This document shows, one piece after another, positions 10,700 through 21,870 of a DNA stretch of 64,000 nucleotides. The translations under genes and the position numbers were made by a program. The stretch's first letter is position 1, and every line of letters begins with the position of its first letter. The DNA is taken from the NCBI GenBank assembly GCA_028023455.1, contig JAQFVV010000011.1, positions 3,968,001 to 4,032,000 on the forward strand, given 5' to 3'. Origin of the DNA: Epiperipatus broadwayi (lineage: Eukaryota > Animalia > Onychophora). Under the pieces are notes generated by a model. It did not search any database. It worked only from the letters and a program-made list of their open reading frames with translations, and was not told the origin of the DNA.

Positions 10700-13600
10700 A
10701 AATAGAACAGTAGGAGAAAAGAAATTTCAGAGACTAACCGCGACATAAGTAAAAAAGCAGAAGTCTTAACCAAGCTGTTACATGTAACAGCAGAAGTTTT
10801 AAAAAAACTGTTAACATACTGTAACGGTCAAATATGTACATTTGCACAAAACCTAGAACTCCGATAGATCATCCTAAGGCCAACCAGGTTTACGGTGGTG
10901 GAAGCCACGGCTCTGGTCTAACCCTAGTTCCTCTACCATTGCTCATAGACTTACAACCTTACAAATGACACAGTTGAGGTCACAGCAGCGTTTTAATCCC
11001 TAACGTGCCGGCAGTAGCTCAACAGTTGTACATAAGACGTGGAGCAATGGGTATTTGTATAGCACATCTATATAGGTATCATGTGGCACACTTATTATTA
11101 TAAATTATATATAACATTTCAATAACACTGTAAAATTAATTGAGTCGGTGAGCAAGACTAAGACAAGAAACTAGATTAAATTTTAAATCAATTTAATAAT
11201 AAACAGTTATTTAAAATCATAATAAATAAACAAAGGTTTAGTTTCACACGCAGGTGAATAAGGGATTTTACAGTTTAAAAGGGTTCACACGTAAGTGATG
11301 CTGTTTGGGTAATAATTTTGGATGTACATGATTAACTGGTTTGGTTTATATATACACAGGTTATTTATTTAATAGTGAATTTAGCTTTCTCTACAATTAA
11401 TAATGTTTTAGAGGTTTTGCATTTCCGTTCTATATATGTGTAGCCTTATATCACACGCAGGTGATAATACGTAAATTACAATTATTTATTTGGCTTATAC
11501 ACATATATTTCAATCACTCGCAGGTGATAAAATAATATTACAGTGAATTTATACATGAGCTTAATATAAATTTTAATGCAGAACGATTTGAATTTGCTCA
11601 TGGTTTTTTATTTTCTATGCCAGATTTATGCTATAAGGATTTAGATTTGCATATTAGTAAAAGTGATAATTAATTTAGTAAAGAACATAAATTAACATAA
11701 TTTACTTAGCGCGAATATTTCAATATATTCTCTACACAGTAAAATACTACTTAGATTGGATTCTGTATCAGATCAATGCTGATTTACTTATTTAAGTGGC
11801 GGGTTGAACTGACTAACGGAAGTTATATTTCAGATACTAGTGCGTATAGAAAAACATATAACTTTTAAGTCTTATTGCGTCTCATATGTTCCTTACTCAT
11901 GGGATTTTTACCAAGTAACAGTTCCCGAGGACTGATTCTCATTGCTGTAATGTAGGAGGCCATTTGGTTCGGCAGGTTGGGCAATTTATAAAATATGGGA
12001 GTCTTACGCTCTATTTGAGTCACATGCTCCTTTTATGGACGAGGAATGTGGAGACTTACGCTCTGGATTGAGTCTCATGCTCCATGATAAGATAAGCGAG
12101 ATGGGTTGGCGTGTACCAGTCACCATCTAAAGTAATAATTGCCCGAACTAAGGTAATGATGCAGGGCGACGGTATGCAACCATTACAGAAATACAGCAAA
12201 AAGAATATACGCCGTAGCGTTTCGTAAGGAGACATATGCACCTCTGACTAATAATCATATTTAAAATTACGACGCTAAAAATCAAGTTTCTTTCTTGAAA
12301 CTGTCCCACATCAGTTCATATTATAGTACTTTGAAATAGTACAAATAAAGGGAATTTATGAATCCAATCTATAGAGTTAGCTATATAGGCTACGACTTAT
12401 TTAGCTTAAGGAGGATTTACAGCATATGGGGAATTAAAATATAAACATACAAATTTATGCTGAAGTTATATCACTTTACCTAGATATTAATTTAAAATAT
12501 CAATTTAAAAGGCAAATCTATTTTAAGGTGGTGATACGTTTGTAATAACCCTTAATTGTAGACATATTATCCTTTCCAAAACAGAGCTTTTTATTTCGTA
12601 TATAATTATACGTTTTATATATGTGCGCACTTGCATATATATATATATATGCGAGCGAATTTGTATTTAACACTCGCGAATAGTTTAAATTAAGAATAAA
12701 GCTCGGTTTTGCAATTTTATAGCATAAACAATATAACGTAACTAAATAATAATAATATTGGCATAGATCATCTCAAGAAATGCAATTTTAAATCATAATA
12801 AATTTAAATAAGTGAAGTTTGATAATTGCTTATTTAAAAAGAGCAAGTTGTATAAAGTTCGCTAAAACATGTTTGATTCAGTCTGTTAATGCTATCTTAG
12901 AAATCAACGATTACGAATATTATCGTTAATTTATAACATACAAATTATTATAGAAATCTTAAATATTATTTAAATTATTATATAAATTAATTTCCACATT
13001 AAACAAATTGAAATAGATAGCATTTAATTATTTAATTTAAATCAAACTATATTTTGCGAGTAAACCAAAACATAAAATAATGCAATTTCATTAATAAAAG
13101 ATGTGTGTGAATGCGCGTATTTTAGATCATAAAATAATAAAGCATAATTCAACTAAAATACGTTAAATCATTTAACATTTTATCTCTCAGGTAAATTATT
13201 TCTATCAATAAATTAGTATCTTTATATCAGGACTTAAATTTATATCAGGAATCATAATCATTTTTATAATCAGGTTTAAATTATAATCATTATAATCATA
13301 ATCAGTTTATAACTAGGTTTACACTCCTATCATATTTATAATCAGGCAAGACTCTAGTGTTTAATTACAGTTATTAACTATTATACTTTTAGGTGAGTTT
13401 TAGATTAAAGTTATCAAATAAAATACATATTTTAATATAGCCATTAGTTTGAAGTTAAGCTAGCATTTACTGAGAATTGATCGAAGGTTTTAGATGAGAA
13501 GAATATTTACCATAATTGAACTTGGTGTTTCTTTGTACTGCGGGTTTCCTTGGACAGCGAGCATGTTTTAGGTTTTCACGGTGATCTGCTCCTCTTCTTG

Positions 13601-14400
13601 GCTTAGATGGTTCTTTGCCTGTCAGAAGGCTAGGTTTGAAGCCTTTCTACCCCGACATTTTATTAATTTACAATTTTAATACTTCTTGGTTACTCTTTAG
13701 AAAATTTTTACTGAATTTTTTGCAAAGATGACTGCTACCTCTTATATACCATTACCCCCCCCCTCTCTTTTTCATTACTGTATTTTCCGAGAATTGTTTT
13801 CTTGGGCTGTACGTCAGTGGTCAATCACCACGGGAGCCTGCTGTTTTTAATTTTAAATAGGTCAAAAAATCGCGATTCACAGGCTATAATTTATTCAGTT
13901 TTCCCCCTTTTATTCTAATTATACATTTTTAATTAATGTATTTTTGGTAAGGATTAACCATATTGCCGATAGTATGTCCAGAAAACAACTCTAAGATTTA
14001 GAAAAACATTTTATTATATATGTAATTTGACCGTTCTAATTTATCGATATATGCAGAATTATATAATTTGAAAATGCATAATTTAATAAATATCTAAAAT
14101 TATGGAAAAAGAAATGTTTTGTAATCTATTAACATTTATATTCTAGCATATATGTAGTCTACAGTTACACATACAATTAGTTTTTCATCTAGCAATTATT
14201 AATAATCTATATATGTGCGCATTTTGACTAAAGGAGTATATAAATGAATACTTTAGTACATATTAAATGATACACACACATATATATGATAGATTTAATT
14301 AGATTCAAATTTAGATGGAACTTATTAGGAATATTATTATTAAACATACGAGGGTTGGTGGCATTTATATATGAATGAATACTGTTATATAGCACATATA
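10700..14400. promoter_or_regulatory. CpG-retaining domain (candidate unmethylated promoter/enhancer region or young insertion)
   Basis: CG dinucleotides are visibly frequent here compared with the flanks. The domain contains repeated TCAC(A/T)CGCAGGTGA motifs, TACGTCA/CAATCA near 13810-13825 and donor-like sites (13190, 13392). Function is inferred only. Confidence 0.3.
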
Positions 14401-17400
14401 GCAGGTGAAAGAGTCATGTTGAAAACTGACTGTTTCAATACTATGAGTTTAGTTATAAAAATGGTTTTTACAATGAAATTCATCTAAAATCTACATATCA
14501 TCTTTCTCTATGTAATCTGCTTCTCTAGGAAAATATAAAGAAGTTACCAACTGAAGTAAACTATAACCAGGTCTTCAATCAAGAGCACAAGTCTTTATGT
14601 GTTAATCCCACCTGGAAATTTTATTGGAAAAAAATAGATAAATTCTTGCTATTTATTAACATGTAAATAATGCATGCCATAAATGGACAAATTAATCATG
14701 TACATGAAATGATATAGAAGCCTTCAAAAAGAAAACTAACATGAACACTGAAAAATTATAAATGTAAATAATGACTCTAAAGAAATGTAAAACTATGGTT
14801 AAAGGTATTTTTATGTGGACATTATAGTTTTAGTTAAAAAAAAATTAAAAAAATTTTTTTATAAAAGAATTGATAATTTTGAATGATTTCATTAAATTAA
14901 TATTTTTTTAATCCATTCAATTTTTTTTTAATTACGAAAGCACTTTTAGAAAATTTAATTTTCACCCCCCCCCTCCCAAAGTAAAACTTAACAAAGGGTT
15001 AATTAAGTTAAGTTAAAGATTGTCTCTAATTTGAAATTGGTGTTTTTTCAACATTTGTTATTTAAGAAAATAAATCAATGAAAACAAAAGTTAATTAACT
15101 TAAGAAATAGAAATCAAATGGTTAATTATAATTTTCATGAAACTATTTTTTTTTTTGATAAAATGAATGTTTTGAAGGTTCATATTATCATGTCATTTTA
15201 TTTATTTATTATTAATAAGTTATTAAATAATTGTTTAAAAATATTTTAGTGGTAATGTCTTTATTTCTTCAGCTATTTTTTACATAAATTGTCACTGTGT
15301 GTGACCTGATTTCATTACAGCTTAAAGTTTAGGGATTTTTAAATTATTTCAATAAAGCTATTTATTTATAGTAGATTAAACCTATAAATTATTTAAAATT
15401 ATTTAGAATAAGCTGTTATATTTTTATTTATCTCTTGCTCACAGTACTAATTTATACAGTTCTTGTTTCCTGAACTAGATTATTGCAGAATCATTGCTTC
15501 TCAAATTAGGTGTCATGTTAGTGTTTTGGACATCCATATGATAATCCTATATAGTGCAAAGGTATCACATTTAAAGTCCATGCATTACATTTTATTTGTT
15601 TATTATTAGAAATTAAGCTTATAGTTGACCAGTACATTAATAGTACTATATGGTCCAAACATTGATGTGTGATAAGCATATTTCAGTACCTCAGGATTAT
15701 TTGATTTCTTTAATATTCTGGTGGATAAGCACTTAAGTATGTGCATTCAGATAATTGTGTTCTATTTCTGCCCTCAGTTTGCATTGGCTAGATATTTAGC
15801 CTCTCTATAGTGGACTTCTTTCAAATTCAGTCACAGGGTTGACTTAATTTTTTTGATTGTTATTGATTGTTCATGATGATGAATGATTTGATTACTTTTG
15901 TTCAATGCTGGAAAAACTTGTAGTCACTCTTATTCTTTGCTGGTAACTCGTGCTCATTCCTTTTATATTTAATTTGATTAATTATTTTATAGGAATGATG
16001 ATGATTTGTCTTATCTCCCCATATTCTCTCCTGTTTATCCCTTCTTTTTTTCACTCAGTACTGTTACAGTATTAAATGAAAAACTTTCTCTAATACATTA
16101 CAACTATTGAAATGTAGTTTTAATATAAACAATATAAATTTAAAAATAAATAGATTTATAAAATAGGAGCATCCTAAGATAATATATTTTATCTGCAGTT
16201 CACTGTTTTTCTGCCTTTTTTTTCTAATGCAAATATACCAACAATAATTGAGACCTTTATTTCTCAGGCATTTTGGGGATTTGTGAATTGGGGGGGGGGG
16301 GTCAACTGTAAACTGCTCTTCTATCATTATAAACTTAAAGTATATTGAAATCTTAAATAAAAAATAATTTTACTATTAATAATTTTAAATAAATATAAAA
16401 AGATGTCAGTTCCAATCAGTATGTAGAATGGCTGCCATATTATGAGAAAAGTTGAGAAATTGCTCATTTCAGAAATAATTTTTTTCATCACCGACTTGAA
16501 GCACTTAATAATCAAATAATATAACAGCTGCATGATTTGACTTATTGTCAAAGTATGACTATTTGGAACTATGGTTTTTACTATTAAGTATCTTGTTTCA
16601 GTATAGCTACATGTTAATTAAGACAGAATCGAATATTCATTTTATTAAAAACTGTAACATTCCTAGCTTGTTAGAATATCACATTAACTTCAGTGTTTAT
16701 GAATCTCAAGGTTACAAGTTCAATTTTTTATGCCAGTGACTTAGTCAGATCAAAAACACCGGAAGTAGAGAGAAGAATAGAAGTGCAATATCAACCTATG
16801 TATTGTTATTAACATTGAATAGATTTTAAAAAATATAGTGTTTGAATTTATCTTAAAATCATTTAACATTTCAACTAAATAACATAAGTACTCCAAATAT
16901 ATAATTATAAGCAAAATGCTATAACCTTCAGAAAATTTTATTGGCAAATGGTGTAAATATAGTCATACCATTGTTAAAAGTTTTCGATCATTCGTATAGT
17001 TAAATTATTGATTAGTTCTTAAATTGATCTGAATTACTTTCGATTCTTTGTAGTTATAGTTAAAGAATTATTTTTTGAAATAGAATTATATGAACAAATG
17101 ACACTTACTCATTACCACAAAGTTATCTTTAATAGTAATTTTTTAAGGTTTTATATATATAAAGAATAATTTATTTTTGTAATAATACCTGTTTTATTCA
17201 AATTAATATAAATATTTTCTTTTCTTTTTTTTTACACGTTTGAGTTAAATGATGCAAAAATTATTACAATTTTCACATTTACGATTTTATTATTCCCAAA
17301 CACATAATTAAACAAATAGTTATAAAAATTCTTTTACAAATTATAATATTTAGTTTTTATATACAGTAACTAAACTTATATCATTTTTATTTTTATAAAC

Positions 17401-17669
17401 ATTTAGATTTATCAGATGTTTGTTTCCTCTTTATATGCTGAAATTTCTTAACTTTACTTATTAATCTGTGAATTAGCAGCTTGTCAAGCATTGGTTAATA
17501 TGTAATTACAATGATTGAAATTTCCAAAAGATAAGTAAAATTTTAGAAATTAATACATATAAAATTAAAGGGGATTTGAACCCAGACTTTCAAGCTCCCT
17601 TTAGTCATTCCCTGTATCCTATACAACTAATAGACATGATGACATATAAGTGAAAAAGATAAATTATCT

Positions 17670-17711
17670 CCAATATACATATTTTGTGCCGAACTAGCAT
17701 TCATCAGTTGG
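17670..17711 (-). ncRNA. Type-I hammerhead ribozyme-like motif, family B (decayed)
   Basis: Minus strand reads CCAA-CTGATGA-ATGCTAGTTCGGCAC-AAAA-TATGTA-TA-TTGG. Stem I is CCAA/TTGG. GAAA has changed to AAAA, as expected from CpG decay of CGAAA. Confidence 0.6.
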
Positions 17712-18263
17712 TCCAGATCATCATCTCCCATACTTATATATAATTAGTATTTGGTTTATATTAAGATAGCAAATATCCAACCTTTAGTAGACAGGCTTCA
17801 ATCCTCTCATTGAAAATTTGATGATGATATGTTTAAAGACATTGCTTTGCCAATTTTGTTGCCATACCCATTTTGACTGAAAGTCACTCTAACGCCTAAT
17901 ATGTAGGACCTTAAGATCATATAAATATATAGAAGAGGGATGAGCATCATAGAAGCTGCATGTGTAACATTTAAATACAAATATATTATATATAATAAGC
18001 TAGAAGTAGTTAGAGACGATTTGAACCCAGATTTTCAGGCTTCCTTTAGTCATTCATTCTATCCTATATAATCAATATACATGAACACATGCATGTGAAA
18101 GGGTTAAATAATCTCCAATATACGTATTTTGTGCTGAAAATATGGATGGTTGAAGAGTTAGAGAAGAGAGAGAATTGAAGCCTATCCATTAAAGTTTGAA
18201 GATATGCTATATTAATATAAGCTGAGCAGTGATTATATATGTGTGTGGGAGATACTGATCTGA

Positions 18264-18305
18264 TCAACTGATGAATGCTGGTTCAGCATGAAATACATAT
18301 ATTTC
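18264..18305 (+). ncRNA. Type-I hammerhead ribozyme-like motif, family B
   Basis: TCAA-CTGATGA-ATGCTG-GTT-CAGCAT-GAAA-TACATA-TA-TTTC. The core and a perfect 6-bp stem II are intact. Stems I and III are partly decayed. Confidence 0.62.
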
Positions 18306-19096
18306 AGATCATTGATCTTTTTCACATGTATATGGTCATGTGTATCAGTTATGTAGGATAGAGTGAATGACTAATGGAAGCTTGGAACTCTGGATTCAAA
18401 TCCCCTCTAATTACATCTAGCTTAAGTACATATAATGTATTTGTATTTAAATATTACATATAAAATTGTAAAGCAGAATGTTTGATTTTGGGAAGAAGAA
18501 AGTCAGAATTTATCATCTTTTATGGTCCCATAACTAATTATACTATTCATAATTTTTCGTCACATTTTTATTACAGCATAAGCATGACTTTATAAATGCA
18601 CAAAATTATATATATATATTATTTACAATTAGCTTTTAAAGGTAAGGGCACTTCCAAACAATAAACAGATATGGTTATGTGAAGGTTTGCATGATGGAAT
18701 TTTATTTGTAATTATATATCAAGCAGTTTCTATCATCCAGTCGGGCTAGTTTTAGTTGTATGTTGGTTGAAGTATTTTTATCAACCAAATCAGGAATGGT
18801 CAACCTATGAAGCATGTACCAAATGCAGCACATTAAAGCACTAAATTTAGCCCATTGTATCAATATAATTTTAAAAGTTTTTTTTTTATTAATACTTAAA
18901 AAAAAATTATGACAAAAATTTCGTCAGCAAATAAAATAAAAGGGGGGGGGGGCTTGTTCTGGTTTTCATTCTGCAAGTGTTTTTTATGATAATTATTTTC
19001 TTTATAAAATTAATAACGAATCAAATAAAATAACAGATCAATTCAAATACAAACATTAAAAGTTGTCAAAGACAAAACAGATTCAATATCATTAAA

Positions 19097-19340
19097 TTTT
19101 AAATTGCTCTTTACGTAAAAAAGTGAAGCTTAGTATTATTAGAAAAAGAATTATAAGGCTTAGCGCTTTTGGGGAACTTAGGTCTCCATACTCATAGCCT
19201 ATCTTTCTCCCTATTCATAACCTATCTGTCCAAGATAGGCTTTGAATATGGAGACCTGAGTTCCCTGAAAGTGCTATGCCTTATAATTCTTTTTCTAATA
19301 ATACTAAGCTCCACTTTTTTGCGTAAAGCGCAATTTAAAA
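19097..19340. mobile_element. Foldback/MITE-like near-palindrome (~108-bp arms, TTAA at both ends)
   Basis: TTTTAAATTGCTCTTTACGTAAAAAAGTGAAGCTTAGTATTATTAGAAAAAGAATTATAAGGC... is mirrored by ...GCCTTATAATTCTTTTTCTAATAATACTAAGCTCCACTTTTTTGCGTAAAGCGCAATTTAAAA. Confidence 0.85.
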
Positions 19341-19573
19341 CTTACCACTTGAAGGTGAAGTAAAAACAAGGATTTTATTCCAAATATCATTAAAGTAAAT
19401 AATATTTAAACTTTAAATTTTTTTCTATAATACATTATTAATATATGAATTTTTTTCTACAATACAGGATTTTTCATACCTGCCCTCTTCCAATATGACA
19501 TGACCCTCTAAAATCCACACTATCTCATACTGCTGTCACACTTGATCACACACGTCTAAAAGATAAAAAATCA

Positions 19574-19615
19574 CCAATATATGTACTTCCTGCTAAGTCA
19601 GCACTAGTCAGTTGG
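19574..19615 (-). ncRNA. Hammerhead-like motif, family B (core mutated)
   Basis: Minus strand reads CCAA-CTGACTA-GTGCTGACTTAGCAG-GAAG-TACATA-TA-TTGG. Confidence 0.4.
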
Positions 19616-20066
19616 TCCAGATTATCATCTCCACACACATATATACAATCAATGCTCAGCTTATATTAAGATAGCCAATCTTCATACTTTAATGGGAAGA
19701 CTTCAATCCACTTCATCCCACAACTCTTTAGCTGTCCACTTCATTGAAAATCTAATGATGGAATGCTCAAAGCCCACATTGGTGCCAACCTTTTCATCCT
19801 AATCATGTCGACCATAAGTCACTCTGACCCCTCATATACAGGACATAATCCATTTACATACATATACGAGGGATGGGCTGACCTTACAGCACTATATTTT
19901 AATATATGATTTTTTTCTCTACAGTACAGGTTTTTTCATACCTGCACTTCAATATGTAATATATAAGGGTTTGAACTCAGACTTGCACATGACTCTCAAC
20001 TATCCATGCTATCTCATATTGCTGCCACCCTTGATCACACACATGTCAAAAAGATAAAAAAAATCA

Positions 20067-20108
20067 TCAATATATGTATTTCATGCTAAACCAGTGCTCG
20101 TCAGTTGG
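20067..20108 (-). ncRNA. Hammerhead-like motif, family B (retains CTGACGA core)
   Basis: Minus strand reads CCAA-CTGACGA-GCACTGGTTTAGCAT-GAAA-TACATA-TA-TTGA. The core is intact and stem II is partly mismatched. Confidence 0.58.
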
Positions 20109-20579
20109 TCCAGATTATCATCTCCATACATATATACAATTAATGCTCAACTTATATTAAGATAGCCAATCTTCATACTTTGTTATATTATGTAAAAAGA
20201 GAACAACTATGTGTTATTTATCTACAACATATTGTATTTTAATACAAAATTGTATAATAATTAGAAAAATTGTACAGTGTGTGTGAAACTCATGCATAAA
20301 AAAATTATGTACTATTAAAACATTGGTTATTCTTGATTTAGAAATGTGAATAGGCCAGTATATAATTACAAATATATGAATAGTTTTTTTTTTTTAAATT
20401 GATTTTAGATCAAATTCAAAAACAGTTTTAGGTGACCCTTTCATCCACTTCTAATTTGTTACATAGGAATACAAACTATCTATATTATTGGCTGTTTAAA
20501 TATCATACATCTTAGTATCAAAAACAGGTTTATTTAACTATGTTTACAATAAAGAAAAAATTATAAAATAACATTAAAT

Positions 20580-21130
20580 TTGGCAATACATTTATAAACC
20601 ATTAAATTACTTAATGTCCAATATTAATAAGATTCCATGTGGAATTTGCTATTAGGTGAGGAGCTAACTTCAAATCTCTTTCTTTGATATCTTTTAATTT
20701 TTGTAAAAAAATTAATGTTGGATCAGGTATAACAGATTTGAAGATTATGAAGCATCTGACAAACCATAGACAGAAAGTGATGAAAGTTGCACTTCTTATA
20801 ATTGCAAAATCCCCATAAGCAAAACCTTTTATGAGTGTGTTGATAATTGGATGTTTTGGTGTATAAATTTTATTAATCAATATTCTACAGCCCTGAAGAG
20901 AGGAACAATTGTTGAAAATGTGAAATATGGTATCATCCTCCCTATGGCAGAGTGAGCAAACAGGGTCCAAAGATGAAAAACCTCTATACATCACAAGAAA
21001 GTGGCTTGTTGGAAGGGCATTGAGATTTAGCTTTAGAAGAAAGTCCAAATATTTTGGCTCTAGATTACATCTTTTATATTTCTTTATAATGGCAAAGTTT
21101 GTACAGGTGAGAATGCTATGATCTGGGATA
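20580..21130 (-). mobile_element. 3' fragment of an L1/Tx1-type LINE ORF2 (zf-RVT-like CCHC finger)
   Basis: ORF 20611..21048 reads KLNLNALPTSHFL...CSLCHREDDTIFHIFNNC...FCLWFVRC, matching the C-terminal CxxC..H.F..C finger and the following W..RN-type motif. Confidence 0.8.
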
Positions 21131-21318
21131 ATTGTTAAAAAAAAAAGAAAGCAATGATATAAATATAAAAAAATGTGTATGACCAGTTTTATGCCCTGTA
21201 TAGTGAATAAGGAATGGACTAAGAATTGTCAGGTGTTACTTCACTTTTTACTATATTTGTCCTTATGTTCAGTAAGCTGCAAGCATCAGATAATTCAGTT
21301 TACTAGAATATATAAAAT

Positions 21319-21585
21319 TCACAGAGGCAAAACTCTCCATACAATAGTGCCACTCAGTGTAAACCACAATAATCAATGGATGCAGAAAAGTTTTTGCATA
21401 AAATTCCTATGTAGTATGTACTTATCCATTATCCACAGAATACCTTCTAACTTGTAGCTTTCATGTGAGGAGCCTTAGATCTGAGAGCACTGCACCTAAA
21501 TCATAATGCAACCTTCCAGCAGCTACCTTTTACTTTCTTAGCTAACTATAAAGCTTTGACTCCAAAATGAAAATAATGTTTTCAA
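21319..21585 (-). mobile_element. Family A repeat, single copy (HHR-sense on minus strand, HHR decayed)
   Basis: AGGCAAAACTCTCCATACAATAGTGCCACTCAGTG...GGAGCCTTAGATCTGAGAGCACTGCAC is shared with copies at 23.9, 39.0, 42.1, 45.0 and 47.5 kb. Confidence 0.85.
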
Positions 21586-21709
21586 GTTAAGCTCATTAGC
21601 TTGTATAGTTTAGATCTGAACTCAGTTAATTATCCATATTTTTTGGTGCCTTTGGTTCTTTAATAACCACAGTCACCATAATCCTATTGGGCAGGATTGG
21701 TATTAAAGC

Positions 21710-21870
21710 ATCAAACATCACAAGAACACCATTCTTTATTCTTACACAAGCTGTTTTTCACAGAGGCAAAATTTTCCATACAGTAGCGCCACCTACTGTA
21801 TGGAAAGTTTTGCCTCTGTGAAAAACAGCTTGTGTAAGCATAAAGAATGGTGATCTTGTTGGTGTTTGAT
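21710..21870. mobile_element. Family A tail-only inverted pair forming a ~77-bp-arm hairpin
   Basis: ATCAAACATCACAAGAACACCATTCTTTATTCTTACACAAGCTGTTTTTCACAGAGGCAAAATTTTCCATACAGTAG, loop CGCCAC (21787-21792), then the near-exact reverse complement. Confidence 0.9.

Larger units (their letters stand above)
17570..18425. mobile_element. Family B HHR-containing repeat cluster: ~445-bp tandem unit (minus sense) plus an inverted copy
   Basis: GATTTGAACCCAGA recurs at 17573 and 18018 (445-bp period). 17998-18423 is bounded by inverted ends AGCTAGAAGTAGTTAGAG / CTCTAATTACATCTAGCT. A B-box-like GGATTCAAATCC lies at 18392-18403. Confidence 0.8.
19460..20180 (-). mobile_element. Family B HHR-containing repeat, about 1.5 tandem units (~460-493 bp period)
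   Basis: TACAGG.TTTTTCATACCTGC and GTCAGTTGGTCCAGATTATCATCTCC each occur twice (the latter at 19607 and 20100). The HHR segment and downstream tract are shared with 17570-18425. A tRNA-like A/B box lies on the minus strand at ~19968-20030. Confidence 0.8.

Noticed and set aside
10820-11126. Possible solo LTR (TGTAACG ... AATAACA)
   Set aside because: There is no TSD, second LTR, PBS or PPT, and TG/CA ends arise easily by chance.
10823-14035. 11-bp inverted match as TIRs of a 3.2-kb transposon
   Set aside because: The match does not extend and there is no TSD. It is kept only as a note in the CpG-domain finding.
14346-14460. TACGAGGG mariner-like terminus
   Set aside because: There is no matching inverted end or transposase nearby, and the same octamer also occurs inside family B at ~19865.
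14529-14660. Plus-strand exon candidate ENIKKLPTEVNYNQVFNQEHKSL
   Set aside because: A good acceptor and an open frame are present, but there is no clear donor, partner exon or recognisable homology.
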